A program made the translations under genes and the position numbers. A DNA stretch of 64,000 bases from an uncultured Planctomycetota bacterium (GTDB lineage Bacteria > Planctomycetota > Planctomycetia > Isosphaerales > Isosphaeraceae). Under the pieces are notes generated by a model that ran no database searches, was not told the origin of the DNA, and was given only the letters and a program-made list of their open reading frames with translations. Location of the stretch: NCBI GenBank assembly GCA_963845755.1, contig CAWJTV010000034.1, positions 640,001 to 704,000 of the forward strand. Reading direction: 5' to 3'. Shown in pieces: positions 9,701 to 19,745 of the stretch. Each line of letters begins with the position of its first letter. Position 1 is the first letter of the stretch.

Positions 9701-12700
9701 TTGACGTAGTTCTCGATCGCAATGCCGTCGCGGGTATTTCCGGCGATGACGTTGCCGGAGTTGGGGACCTGGCCGCCGACGAGGTTGGACGGAGCGTCCT
9801 CGATCAGGATGCCGTCATCGGCATTGGGCCGGGCCGTGGTCCCCAGGATCGGGACGATCAGGCCGGCCAGGCCGACCTGGGTGCCGATCTCGTTGTTGGC
9901 GACGGTATTCCCCTTCGCCGCTGGATCCAGGATATGGACGCCGTTTCCCTGGTTCCCCGAGATCAAGTTCCCCGCCCCGGCGAGTCCCTGGCCGCTCGTC
10001 TGGCCGATGTGGTTGTCCGCCGAGAGCAAGAGGACGCCGTCGCCGCCGTTGTCGAGGATGAAGTTGGTTGCGATTGCGTTGCCCGTCCCCTGCGAGCCGT
10101 AGACGATCACGCCGTCGCCCGTGTTCCCCTGGATCAGGTTGCGATCGGGTGGGCTCGCGCCTCCGATCACGTTGTTCGGGCTGTCCACCAGGATGCCCAC
10201 GCCGTCCGCGTAGGGGTTGTCGGCAGGGTTGACGGGGTTGTACCCCTTCGAGTTGAACTGGGTCACGCCGAGGAAGTTGCCCCAGACCGTATCGCCGAGC
10301 GTGCCGGTGATCGTGGTGCTGCCCGGCTCCAGTACGATCCCCGCGCCTCCGAACCCGGTGATGCTCAGGCCGTCGATCGTGCATCCCGGCGCCGCGACAA
10401 CCAGGCCGTTGGCGTTGGTGTTGCCCGTCTCCGATCCGTCGAGCTGGATGAGGATCGTCGCGATGTCAGTTTCCTGGTCGTTGAAGGCGGCGAACCCCGG
10501 GAGCTGTGACGAGTCGTTGGTCTGCGTGACAGGCTGGCTGTAAGCGTCGATGATCAGCGGGGCCGTGATCGGCGGGAGTGGAGATCGCAGTTCGATCGAT
10601 TGCAAGCCAATCGCCGGAATCGAAAAGGTGATATCATTGGGTGTCGATGCGGTGAGGCTGGGATTGGCGTTGGAATAATCGATCGCGTAGCGAAGGGACC
10701 CGACCGTATCGGCGTCCGTCGTGCTCGTGACGAGGAACGGGTTGATGGCCTCGATGGCTTCGGAGAACTCCGAGGTGTCGCCGGCGTTCAGGCCGGAGGC
10801 GGAAGGCGTCGGAGCCAGGTACGTCGCCGTCGTGGTGATCCAGTCACCCGGCGGGACGACCGTAGGCAGGTCGACGGTAAACGTCCCGTTCACACTACCG
10901 AAGATCTGGCCGGTGGCATCGGTCCTGACTGCCGCTGAGCCGATCCAGATCTGTCCCTCATAGTTTCCCGACGGGTCGGCCGCGGCGTTGCTGAAGAACT
11001 CGATGAGGTACGTCGAGTTCGGCTGGCCGTTGTAGGCGAAGAAGATCGCGGTCGAGTTGAGCGCCGGGTCGGGGAGCGCGGGCTTGGTGGGATCGAAGGT
11101 CGGGGATGGTATCGAATCGTTGGCGGGTCCGCTCAGCGAGATCCCAATCACGCCGTTGGAAAAAATGTCATTCGCGAGGATGGCGTCGCCGGTTCCTGCA
11201 GCGCCGGTGATGGTGTCCTCGGAAACCGACACGCCATCGTCCGTATTGAAGGCGATCGTGTTCCCGTCGCCGGACCCTGTCCCGCCGATGGTGTTATTCG
11301 AGGCACCGCCGCTGAGGAGCACTCCATCGATCTCGTTGCCGAGCACAACTGGCCGGTGACGTCGGTGCCGATGAGATTGCCGAGGATCGCATTATCGACC
11401 GCCGAGGTGCCGTCAATCTGGATGCCCCAGTTGTTGGTGGAGATGACGTTTCGACTGGTGGCGGCTGCGCCGCCGATCGTGTTACCGGACACGTCCTCGA
11501 TCAAGATGCCTTGCTGGGCGTTGGGCAAGGGAAGCGAGCCGGTCTTGTCCGTTCCGATGAAGTTGCCCAAGATCAGGCTGCCCGAAGGGGTCGGTCCCGT
11601 GATCTCGACGCCGACGGTGTTGCCCGAGATGATTTGCGAGCTGCTGGCATCCCCCTGGATTGTGACCCCGCCGGCTCCCTGGATCAGCACCCCCTCGAAG
11701 GCGTTACCGAGGTCAAGCTCGCCCGTTGCGTCGGTGCCGATCAGATTGCCGATCACGGTGATTCCCGCGATCGTCGAGCCCGAGATCAGGACGCCGACCC
11801 GATTGGCCGAGATTACGTTGCCCGGCCCGATCAGCGTCTGCGACGACGTGACGACCACTCCGTCGTCGGAGTTCCCCAGGGCCTGGCTGCCGTCGGAGGT
11901 CACGCCGATCATGTTGTTCGACACGACGTTGCCGGTTGCCGAGCTGCCGCTGATCTCGACGCCGTCGGCCAGGTTGGCTGAGATCGCGTTGCCGGCGCCG
12001 GACGAGCTGCCACCGATGGTGTTGTTCGCGCCGCCGATGATGTCAACCCCGTCTTCGTGGTTTCCGGGCGGTTCGTTGCCGAACACGAAACCGCCGCCAG
12101 GGGCCACGCCGATGAAGTTGCCGGCGACCTGAACCTGGGTCGCGCCCTGATCGAGCTGAACACCGTCCCCGTCGTTCGCCGACACGATGTTCCCCGCCCC
12201 GCTCACTCCGATCAAGTCGCTCGACGACTGGACGAGCACTCCCTCGGCGCCATTCGAGGCCGACCAGTAAACGCCATAATCCGATGGTCCGACCACGCCC
12301 ACCTGGTTGCCCAGCACCTGGCTCCCCACCGATCCGCCCTGAAGCCAGACACCCTCGTCTCCATTCCCCGCGATGACGTTGTCGTCCTGCGTCGAAGCCC
12401 CGCCGAGGGTCGTGTTCTCTCCGTCGATGATGACCCCTTGCAGTGAATTGCCCGGGGTTACGAGCTGTTCCCCGTTGGGAGAAGGCAGCGGCTGGCCCGT
12501 ATTCGGATCAACCGGATAAAGGAGATACGCCCCGATGAAATCCCCCTGGATCGAGTCGCCGACATCGTCGGAATTCGGGACGTCAACCCCCACCCCAAAT
12601 CCGTCGATGATCAGGCCTCGGATCATCGAGTCGGAGGCATCGAGCGTGAAGCCCGTCGCCCCGCCGGTGCCGTTGCCGTCGACGATCACCCGGACCCGGG

Positions 12701-13142
12701 CGTTGTTCCCCTGCGTGGCCTGAACCGTGTTTGTCGTCGAGGTGATCTCGGTCGGCTGGCTCTGATTCGGATAGGTGTATGGAACCCCGACATGCGCCTG
12801 AGAAAACCCATCGATATCCACCGGGGTCGTGATCTTCGGCAGGGCTTCGGTCAGAGCGATCGTCCAATCCTGAGTCGCCGGGTTGAAGTCAACATCGGGA
12901 TCGTTCGTCACGGCCGCGAGATCAAAGAGGATTTGATTCGGTCCTGGATTATCGAGGTTGGACTGGTCGATCGCGTCTCGGAACGATCCGATGCCGCTGT
13001 CGTCGGTCGTGGTGACGTAATAGGTGGTCAGCAGCCGGCGAGATTCCAGGACCTCCAGGCCGAACCTGGGCCGCATGCGACGAGAAGTCGCACGCCATGG
13101 CTTTCGTTCGGTCTTGAGGCGGAGACGACGCGGGAGGAGCAT
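6723..13142 (-). CDS. giant secreted protein (~2140 aa) with parallel beta-helix repeats and three Calx-beta domains; frameshifts at ~11350 and ~7270
   Basis: Planctomycete export motif FGLEVLESRRLLT; VTTTDDSGIGSFRDAI; many GNxIGTDxxG..NTIGG repeats; VQFAS..VAYATGGGTAVPGVNY..GNLVFSPNQ; reconstructed from ORFs 11148..13709, 7168..11346 and 6723..7400. Confidence 0.85.
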
Positions 13143-13443
13143 GGAAGGGTCGATCCTTGAGTGACTCCGCCCCCGCGCAGGAATGCCCCCTCCCTGACGC
13201 GCCGCGCCGAGCGAGTCGAGTGTCATCCACCAGGGTTCGTCCAACCGGGTCAATCGCTCCGACGAAGGCGAGCGACGCCGAAGGTCATGATTCCCCAAGA
13301 GAACGATAGGACAGGGCGCGATCGAATGAGACGTGGATCGCGAAATTCCCCGGAATGATTGGCGTAAGGTACACTTATTGCCAGGAGAGTGTCGGTTCAC
13401 ACGCGCTCCCTTCGCACGACGATGAGCATCATGAGGTACATCG

Positions 13444-14433
13444 ATGATGGTTGGTCCGCAGACGCACCGACGAATCGCCGTATTCGGCATCGGGTTGGGA
13501 TTGGCCCTGGTGTGCTGGCGGACCTGGGCGGAACCCCCGCGCCATCCGGAGCCATCCAAACCCGAGCCGGATTTTGCGAATCTTCGATACGGCCCGCACG
13601 AACGGAACGTTCTGGACCTCTGGAAGGCGCGGCCCAGGCCGGGAAAGACCGTAAAGCCCACGCCGGTCGTCGTGTTCTTCCACGGTGGAGGGTTTCGGCT
13701 CGGCGACAAGTCCAGCGTACCGGGCTGGCTGGTTGCGAATTGTTTGGATGCCGGGATCTCGATCGCTTCGGCGAACTATCGGCTGTCAACGACGGACACA
13801 TTCCCAGCCCCGATGCACGACGGCGCCCGCGCCATCCAGTATCTGCGTTCCCGGTCGAAGGAACTGGGGCTCGACCCGGACGGGATCGCCGCCTCGGGGA
13901 GTTCGGCCGGGGCGGGGATCGCCCTCTGGGTCGGTTTTCATGACGACCTCGCCGATCCCCGAAGTCCCGACCCGATCGCGCGCCAGTCGACCCGTCTCAC
14001 CTGCATCGGCGTCAACGGGGCCCAGACTTCGTACGACCCGCGGTTCATCCGGCAAATCGTCGGCGGCCGCGCTCACGAACATTCTGCGCTTGCGTCGTTC
14101 TATGGTCTTTCCGAACCCGAGCGGGATACGCCCAAAGCCCACAGGCTCTACGAGGCCGCCTCGCCGATCAACCACGCGACAACCGGCGACCCACCGGTAT
14201 TCCTCTTCTACTTGGAGCCCGACGAACCGCTCCCGGCCGACGCCAAGCCGGGGCAGGGGATCCATCACCCGCGATTCGGCGCAGCACTCAAGGCCAAGCT
14301 CGACCCCATGGGTCTCGAATGCATCGTCCGCCACGCCAAGGATTTCCGCGAGCCGGACGATCCCAACCCCACGATGTTCCACGAGATGACCTCGTTTTTC
14401 GAACGGCACCTGTTCGTTCCGAGCGACCAGTAG
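13444..14433 (+). CDS. secreted alpha/beta hydrolase (HSL/BD-FAE-like esterase)
   Basis: NVLDLW, FFHGGGF, ANYRLS, GSSAG nucleophile elbow, IHHP. Confidence 0.88.
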   Translation: MMVGPQTHRRIAVFGIGLGLALVCWRTWAEPPRHPEPSKPEPDFANLRYGPHERNVLDLWKARPRPGKTVKPTPVVVFFHGGGFRLGDKSSVPGWLVANCLDAGISIASANYRLSTTDTFPAPMHDGARAIQYLRSRSKELGLDPDGIAASGSSAGAGIALWVGFHDDLADPRSPDPIARQSTRLTCIGVNGAQTSYDPRFIRQIVGGRAHEHSALASFYGLSEPERDTPKAHRLYEAASPINHATTGDPPVFLFYLEPDEPLPADAKPGQGIHHPRFGAALKAKLDPMGLECIVRHAKDFREPDDPNPTMFHEMTSFFERHLFVPSDQ

Positions 14434-15081
14434 CACCAGGCCGAGCGTTCCAAGGTAGAATCGACCCCTCCGATCCCAAGGTCGACCGGCCTGGAATCTA
14501 GGCAAAGGTCCAAGCGCTGAGGTCTGGCGGTCCGACGGCGAATCCCGGGTGATCGAGCAACTCCAGGAGAACGGCACCTAAGCCCCGGTCACACAAAGCC
14601 GTCTCTTGTCCGTGCAGGCGAAAGAGTTGCTCCCGGGCTGATCGAAAAGGATTCCAGCAAGGAACGGGCCTGGGAGCGCACGGCTGAGTCAGTGGGCAAA
14701 GCGATCACGGCGAAGGAAGTCACCGAATGACGAGGTCGAAAGATTCTCGGTCATTGCGAGCGGAAGGCCACGACTGACGAGTGCGCAACATTTCCATGAT
14801 GACCATCCACGGGAGGAGGCGCTAAGAAGATCGGAATTGGCCCCGGGTCTTCGAGGTGCCTCGCCTTTTTTTCGTTAAGGCTTGTAAGGAGAAAGCGGAC
14901 GGAAGACGATAACCTGTCCAACTCATCGGAGCGTGGCGCTATATTCTAGAGTCTGAACGCCTTGACTCTAGGCCAGCCGTTTCTTCCCTCCGCGTGAGAT
15001 CGTCAAGGATGCCTGTGTTTTCGCCGGTTCGGGAATCCGACCCGATCACCAGCGGTGGTCTCCATCGGGAAGGAGGCCGAT

Positions 15082-17018
15082 TTGGATGAGGAACAGTCGG
15101 CAGAAGCCCGGCCGCCGGGATCGCGATCTTCTTTCCCGATCATCGTGCTGACGGGATCGATCCTGGCGTTGGCACTCGGTTTCGGTTGGACGATCTGGCA
15201 AACCCGTCAGTCCGTCGGAGGGAGGAACACAAGCCAGGCTCGGCGCGCGACCTCTTGGCCGCCATCGCCGTGGAAGAACGCACGCCCCGGTGTCGCTTAC
15301 GTAGGCGATGTCGCCTGCGCCCGCTGTCACGCGGACATCGCCGCGACGTTCCATCGCCATCCCATGGGTCGGTCATTGGCCCCAATCAGCGTTACGCCTG
15401 TTGGTGGCGATGGATCGGACCGCTTGACCACGTTCGAGGCCGATTCCTCGGAGTTCACCATCGAACGGAGCAACGGCCGAGAGTTTCACCGCGAGACCCA
15501 GTACGACGAGGCGGGACGTGTTTTAGCCCAGATCCAGGAAGAGGTGAAATACGCGCTGGGATCGGGCCGCTTCGGAATCACCTACCTGGTGGAGCACGAT
15601 GGCCGATTGTTCCAATCGCCCATTTCCTGGTATAGCCAGAAAAACCGATGGGACCTCTCGCCGGGTTACGAACAACACAACCTCCACTTTGATCGACCGA
15701 TCGAGTCGGCGTGCCTGTTCTGTCATACCAATCGCGTCAAGCCCATCCCCCTGTCGGTCAATCGGTATGAGGAGCCCATCTTCCAGGACTACGCGATCGG
15801 CTGCGAGCGGTGCCACGGTCCCGGTGAACTGCATGTCAGGCGGCCGGAGGTGGTTGAACGGACGGGACCTGACGATCGTCAATCCCAAGCATCTGGAGCC
15901 CGCGCTCCGTGTTGCCGTCTGCGCAATGCCACCTGGTGGGTGACCAGCGGGTCGAGCGCCTGGACCACGACACATTTGACTATCGTCCCGGCCTTCCCAC
16001 GTCGGCGTTCTTCGCGGTCTTCGGCCGCGAGCACGACCAGGGGCACAAGGCTGTGGGACACGTCGAGCAGATGAAGGAAAGCCGGTGTTTCCGCTCGAGC
16101 TCCGGCAGACTCGACTGCACCTCATGCCACGACCCTCACGAGGTACCCGCGCCTGGGGAAGCGGCCGCCTATTTCCGACGGCAGTGCCTGGCATGCCACG
16201 AACGAAATCGCTGCACGCTTCCCGATCCGGTACGTCTGGCCCGGAGCCCAGTCAACAGTTGCATTCAGTGTCACATGCCGAAATCGCCGAGCTTCGATGT
16301 CATCCATGTCGCGACCACGGACCACCGGATCTTGCGGACTCCTCAGGAATCGACGCCTCAGCCAGCTCGAGCCGCGAGCGGACTTCCCCTGACGCTCTTG
16401 AACGGCGATGAGATGGGTGAGGAGAACTCGCATGTCCTGGGACGTGAGCTGGCGATCGCCTTGATGTCGGAGGTGCCCGATCTGACGAATACACCTCGGA
16501 TCAGGCAGAGGGCATCCTCCCTGCTGGACCAGGCTCTGGCAAGGTCGCCCGATGACCTGGCCGCCCGTCGGATGAGGGCCCAGGTCCTGGAGCGGTCGGG
16601 ACACGACGCCGATGCCATGCGGCTCATCGAGTCGGTTTTGCGGTCTGCCCCCGCGGATGAACACGCCCTTGACCAGTATCTCGTGTACGCGATCAAGTCG
16701 GAAGCGATCCCGCATGCCCTGGCACCCGCCCGGCAGGCCGTCGCCGTCAATCCCTGGTCCGCGACGTTCCACGAGCGGCTGGCCTACGTCTGCCTGGAGC
16801 GTCACGACTGGGACGAGGCACTCCGGGAATCCCGCGAAGCGCTTCGACTCAATCCGTTCCTCCGCTTCGCACGGATGTTCCTGATTCAATGCCTCCTCAA
16901 CGACAAAGATCTCGAGCACGCCGAAGGGGAGTTTTCCGCCTTGCTCAAGCTGAACCCCAATCAGCACGAATCTCTGAAACTATGGTTCGCCGAGCAGCGT
17001 CGCAATGCGCGAAGCTGA
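15082..17018 (+). CDS. membrane-anchored multiheme cytochrome c with C-terminal TPRs; frameshifts ~15860-15925
   Basis: RBS AAGGAGG + TTG; N-terminal TM; CARCH, CLFCH, CERCH, (C)AQCH, CTSCH, CLACH, CIQCH; TDHRI; TPR helices. Confidence 0.85.
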
Positions 17019-17294
17019 ACGAACCCCAGAAACCGATCGCGGCACGAGGCGATGAACCCGAAAAGCTCATTGATGGGTGAATTCAAAGTGACCTTCCCAA
17101 GTTGAACTGAGGGATAAGTGGGATTCTGCTAAAATGAACATTTATATTTTTGAGAATAATCGATCAAACGATGCCCGAATTCACAAAGGATCTGCGCCGC
17201 TGCTCCTTCAGATACAACAACACTCGCGCCAGGTCACCGACGAGATGCGAACCTGGCGGATCGGCTACGATCGACGAATTGTTTCCTCACGCCC

Positions 17295-17331
17295 TTGACA
17301 CGTCGGGAACTTCCGACCTATTATCTTCAGG
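17295..17331 (+). promoter_or_regulatory. sigma70 promoter with spacer palindrome (probable ArsR operator), leaderless transcript
   Basis: TTGACA 17295-17300; TATTAT 17319-17324; GTCGG-N6-CCGAC between them; ATG 7 nt after the -10 with no SD. Confidence 0.65.
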
Positions 17332-17646
17332 ATGACGACGCCAGACATTTTCGCCGTCCTGTCAAACCCGGTTCGCCGCCGGATTCTGGAACTCCTGATG
17401 GACCGGCCGTATACGGTCAACCATCTGGTTAGCGAGTTCCATCTGCACCGCCCTGCGGTTTCCGAGCATCTTCAGGTATTGCGAAACGCAAGTCTGGTTC
17501 GCGATGAGCGATGTGGTCGCGAGCGCTACTACCATCTCGATCCGGCGCGCCTGATGGAGATCGACGAGTGGCTGAAGCCATTTGCGCACTACTGGCGCGA
17601 GCGAATGCAGGACCTTGAGACCATCCTGGACAAGGAGGAACCATGA
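17332..17646 (+). CDS. ArsR/SmtB family transcriptional regulator
   Basis: FAVLSNPVRRRILELL..PAVSEHLQVLRNASLV..GRERYY. Confidence 0.92.
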   Translation: MTTPDIFAVLSNPVRRRILELLMDRPYTVNHLVSEFHLHRPAVSEHLQVLRNASLVRDERCGRERYYHLDPARLMEIDEWLKPFAHYWRERMQDLETILDKEEP

Positions 17647-18059
17647 CGGAACGAGGCGTGATTCGATTGTCGCAACTTATCAATCATCCTCCTGCGAAGG
17701 TCTGGAGGGCGCTGACGGATCCGGAGATCCACGCGAAATGGTGGGCGGCGGGCGACGTGAAACCGGTCGTCGGGCATCGTTTCACTCTGGACATGGGACC
17801 CTGGGGGCAACAGCCCTGTGAGGTCCTCGCGGTCGAGGCGGAACGTCTCCTGCGCTATAGCTTCGCACCCGGCACGCTCGATTCGACGATCACATGGCGA
17901 CTCGAGCCGGAGGGCGACGGCACGCGTCTGCACCTCGAGCACGCCGGTTTTGACCTCGACTCTCCACTGGCAAAGAAAGCCTTCGAGGGCATGGGTGGCG
18001 GCTGGCGGGCGATCCTTGAACGCATCGCGCCGGCTATCGACTCCCTCGTCGAGGTCTGA
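17643..18059 (+). CDS. SRPBCC/AHSA1 domain protein
   Basis: PPAKVWRALTDPE..WW, TRLHLEHAGF, GGW; ATGA overlap with ArsR. Confidence 0.9.
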   Translation: MTERGVIRLSQLINHPPAKVWRALTDPEIHAKWWAAGDVKPVVGHRFTLDMGPWGQQPCEVLAVEAERLLRYSFAPGTLDSTITWRLEPEGDGTRLHLEHAGFDLDSPLAKKAFEGMGGGWRAILERIAPAIDSLVEV

Positions 18060-18281
18060 GGCTTACAATCGCCTCGACCACGCTCCAACCGCTCGGCACG
18101 AAGCAAAGGACCGGCCCCGCATCCCGACTCAAGACCGCCAGATGGTGGTGGCGCGAATCAAGGGACGGATGGTGAGACAGCCCGATTGGGCCGGGTCCGG
18201 GAAGCCGGCGTCAACCTCGAGTAGCCTCATCCCCCGAGTTCACGGGAGAGCGCCGCAAATCGAGGGGCCGTTGCTGGCAGG

Positions 18282-19745
18282 TCAGGCAAGGATCTCAGGA
18301 ACGACGTGCCCGTGGACGTCGGTGAGTCGGCGGTCGATGCCGTTGTGACGGAATGTGAGGCGGGTGTGGTCGATCCCCATCAGGTGCAGGATCGTGGCGT
18401 GCAGGTCGTAGCAATACGTCTGACCGACGGCCGACTTCCAGGCCCAGGGGTCGCTTTCGCCGTGGGCCGAGCCTCCATTGACCCCGGCGCCGGCCAGCCA
18501 TGCAACCGAGGTGCCACCGTTGTGGTCGCGTCCGGTGGCGCCCTGGGTGAACGGTTGGCGGCCGAACTCGGTGCTGAAGAGGACCAGTGTATCCTCGAGC
18601 AGGCCGCGGGCCTTGAGGTCGCGCAACAGAGCTGCCGCCGGACGGTCGACCGTCCGGGCGATGGACGGAAGCTCCTTCGGGATGTTGGTATGGTTGTCCC
18701 AATTGTTCGACGGTCCTCCGGCTCCGCTCCAGACCTGGACGAACCGCACCCCGCGCTCCACCAGTCGGCGGGCGAGCAGACAGCGCCGCCCGAAGTCGGT
18801 GGTGGCGGGGTCTTCGAGCCCATAGAGGGTGCGGGTCGCCACGGTTTCGCCCGCCAGATCGAGGGCCTCCGGCGCGGTGTGTTGCATCCTTGCGGCCAGC
18901 TCGTACGCGGCGATCCGCGAGTCCAGCCGCGTATCCCCTTCGTTGACCGCGGCATGGCTACGGTTGAGCTGTTCCAGCACCGCTAGCCCGTCGCGCTGGC
19001 TATCGGCCGTGATGAAACCGGCCGAGGCCGGGGGGAATAAGTCGGGGATCGGCCGGGGCGCGCCGGCGTCGAGGATCGTCCCCTGGTGCGATTGCGGCAG
19101 GAATCCCGACGTGAAGTTCCCCTTGGCATTGTAGGGCAATCCTCGCGGGTCCGGCAGAACCACGAAGGTGGGTAGGTTATCGCTCAAGGAGCCTAGCCCG
19201 TACGACAGCCACGCCCCGAGGCACGGGAATCCGGGCATCAAAAACCCGCAGTTCATCATGTAGCTGGCCGGCCCGTGCACGTTTGTCTTCGACGAGAGAG
19301 CCATCAAGAATGCCAGGTCATCGACACATGTGGCGATCTCAGGAAAAACGCTGCTGACCCACCGGCCCGATTCACCATATTGCTTGAACGAGAACGGGCT
19401 CTTCATGAGGTTTCCCGGCGCGCTCGTCGGAGCCTCAACGTGGCTCCCCGGGTCGAACCGTTGACCGTGACGCCGTTCCAGCTCGGGCTTGTAGTCGAAC
19501 GTGTCCATCTGGCTGGCGCCGCCGTTCAGGAAGAGCTGGATCACCCGGCGGACCTTCGCGCGATGATGCAACCCGCCGTTGAGGTCGGCGATCGGCCTGG
19601 GTCGGCCCGGATCCGTCCCTGCGATCAGGCCGTCGCGGCCCAGCAGCTCGGCCAGCGCGATTCCGCCCAGGCCGCCGCCGATTTGCCAGAGAAGATCACG
19701 TCGAGACGTGCGATGGAACATGGACAGATCCCTCGCCATGGTCAA
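18282..19745 (-). CDS. DUF1501 domain protein (Tat)
   Basis: SRRDLL, GGASQMDTFDYKP, ARRLVERGVRFVQV, WDNH, EFGR, GRDH, DRRLTDVHG. Confidence 0.93.
   Translation of the reverse strand: MTMARDLSMFHRTSRRDLLWQIGGGLGGIALAELLGRDGLIAGTDPGRPRPIADLNGGLHHRAKVRRVIQLFLNGGASQMDTFDYKPELERRHGQRFDPGSHVEAPTSAPGNLMKSPFSFKQYGESGRWVSSVFPEIATCVDDLAFLMALSSKTNVHGPASYMMNCGFLMPGFPCLGAWLSYGLGSLSDNLPTFVVLPDPRGLPYNAKGNFTSGFLPQSHQGTILDAGAPRPIPDLFPPASAGFITADSQRDGLAVLEQLNRSHAAVNEGDTRLDSRIAAYELAARMQHTAPEALDLAGETVATRTLYGLEDPATTDFGRRCLLARRLVERGVRFVQVWSGAGGPSNNWDNHTNIPKELPSIARTVDRPAAALLRDLKARGLLEDTLVLFSTEFGRQPFTQGATGRDHNGGTSVAWLAGAGVNGGSAHGESDPWAWKSAVGQTYCYDLHATILHLMGIDHTRLTFRHNGIDRRLTDVHGHVVPEILA

Noticed and set aside
13143..13709. 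N-terminal extension of ORF 11148..13709
   Set aside because: Overlaps the divergent hydrolase; the export motif places the start near 13142.
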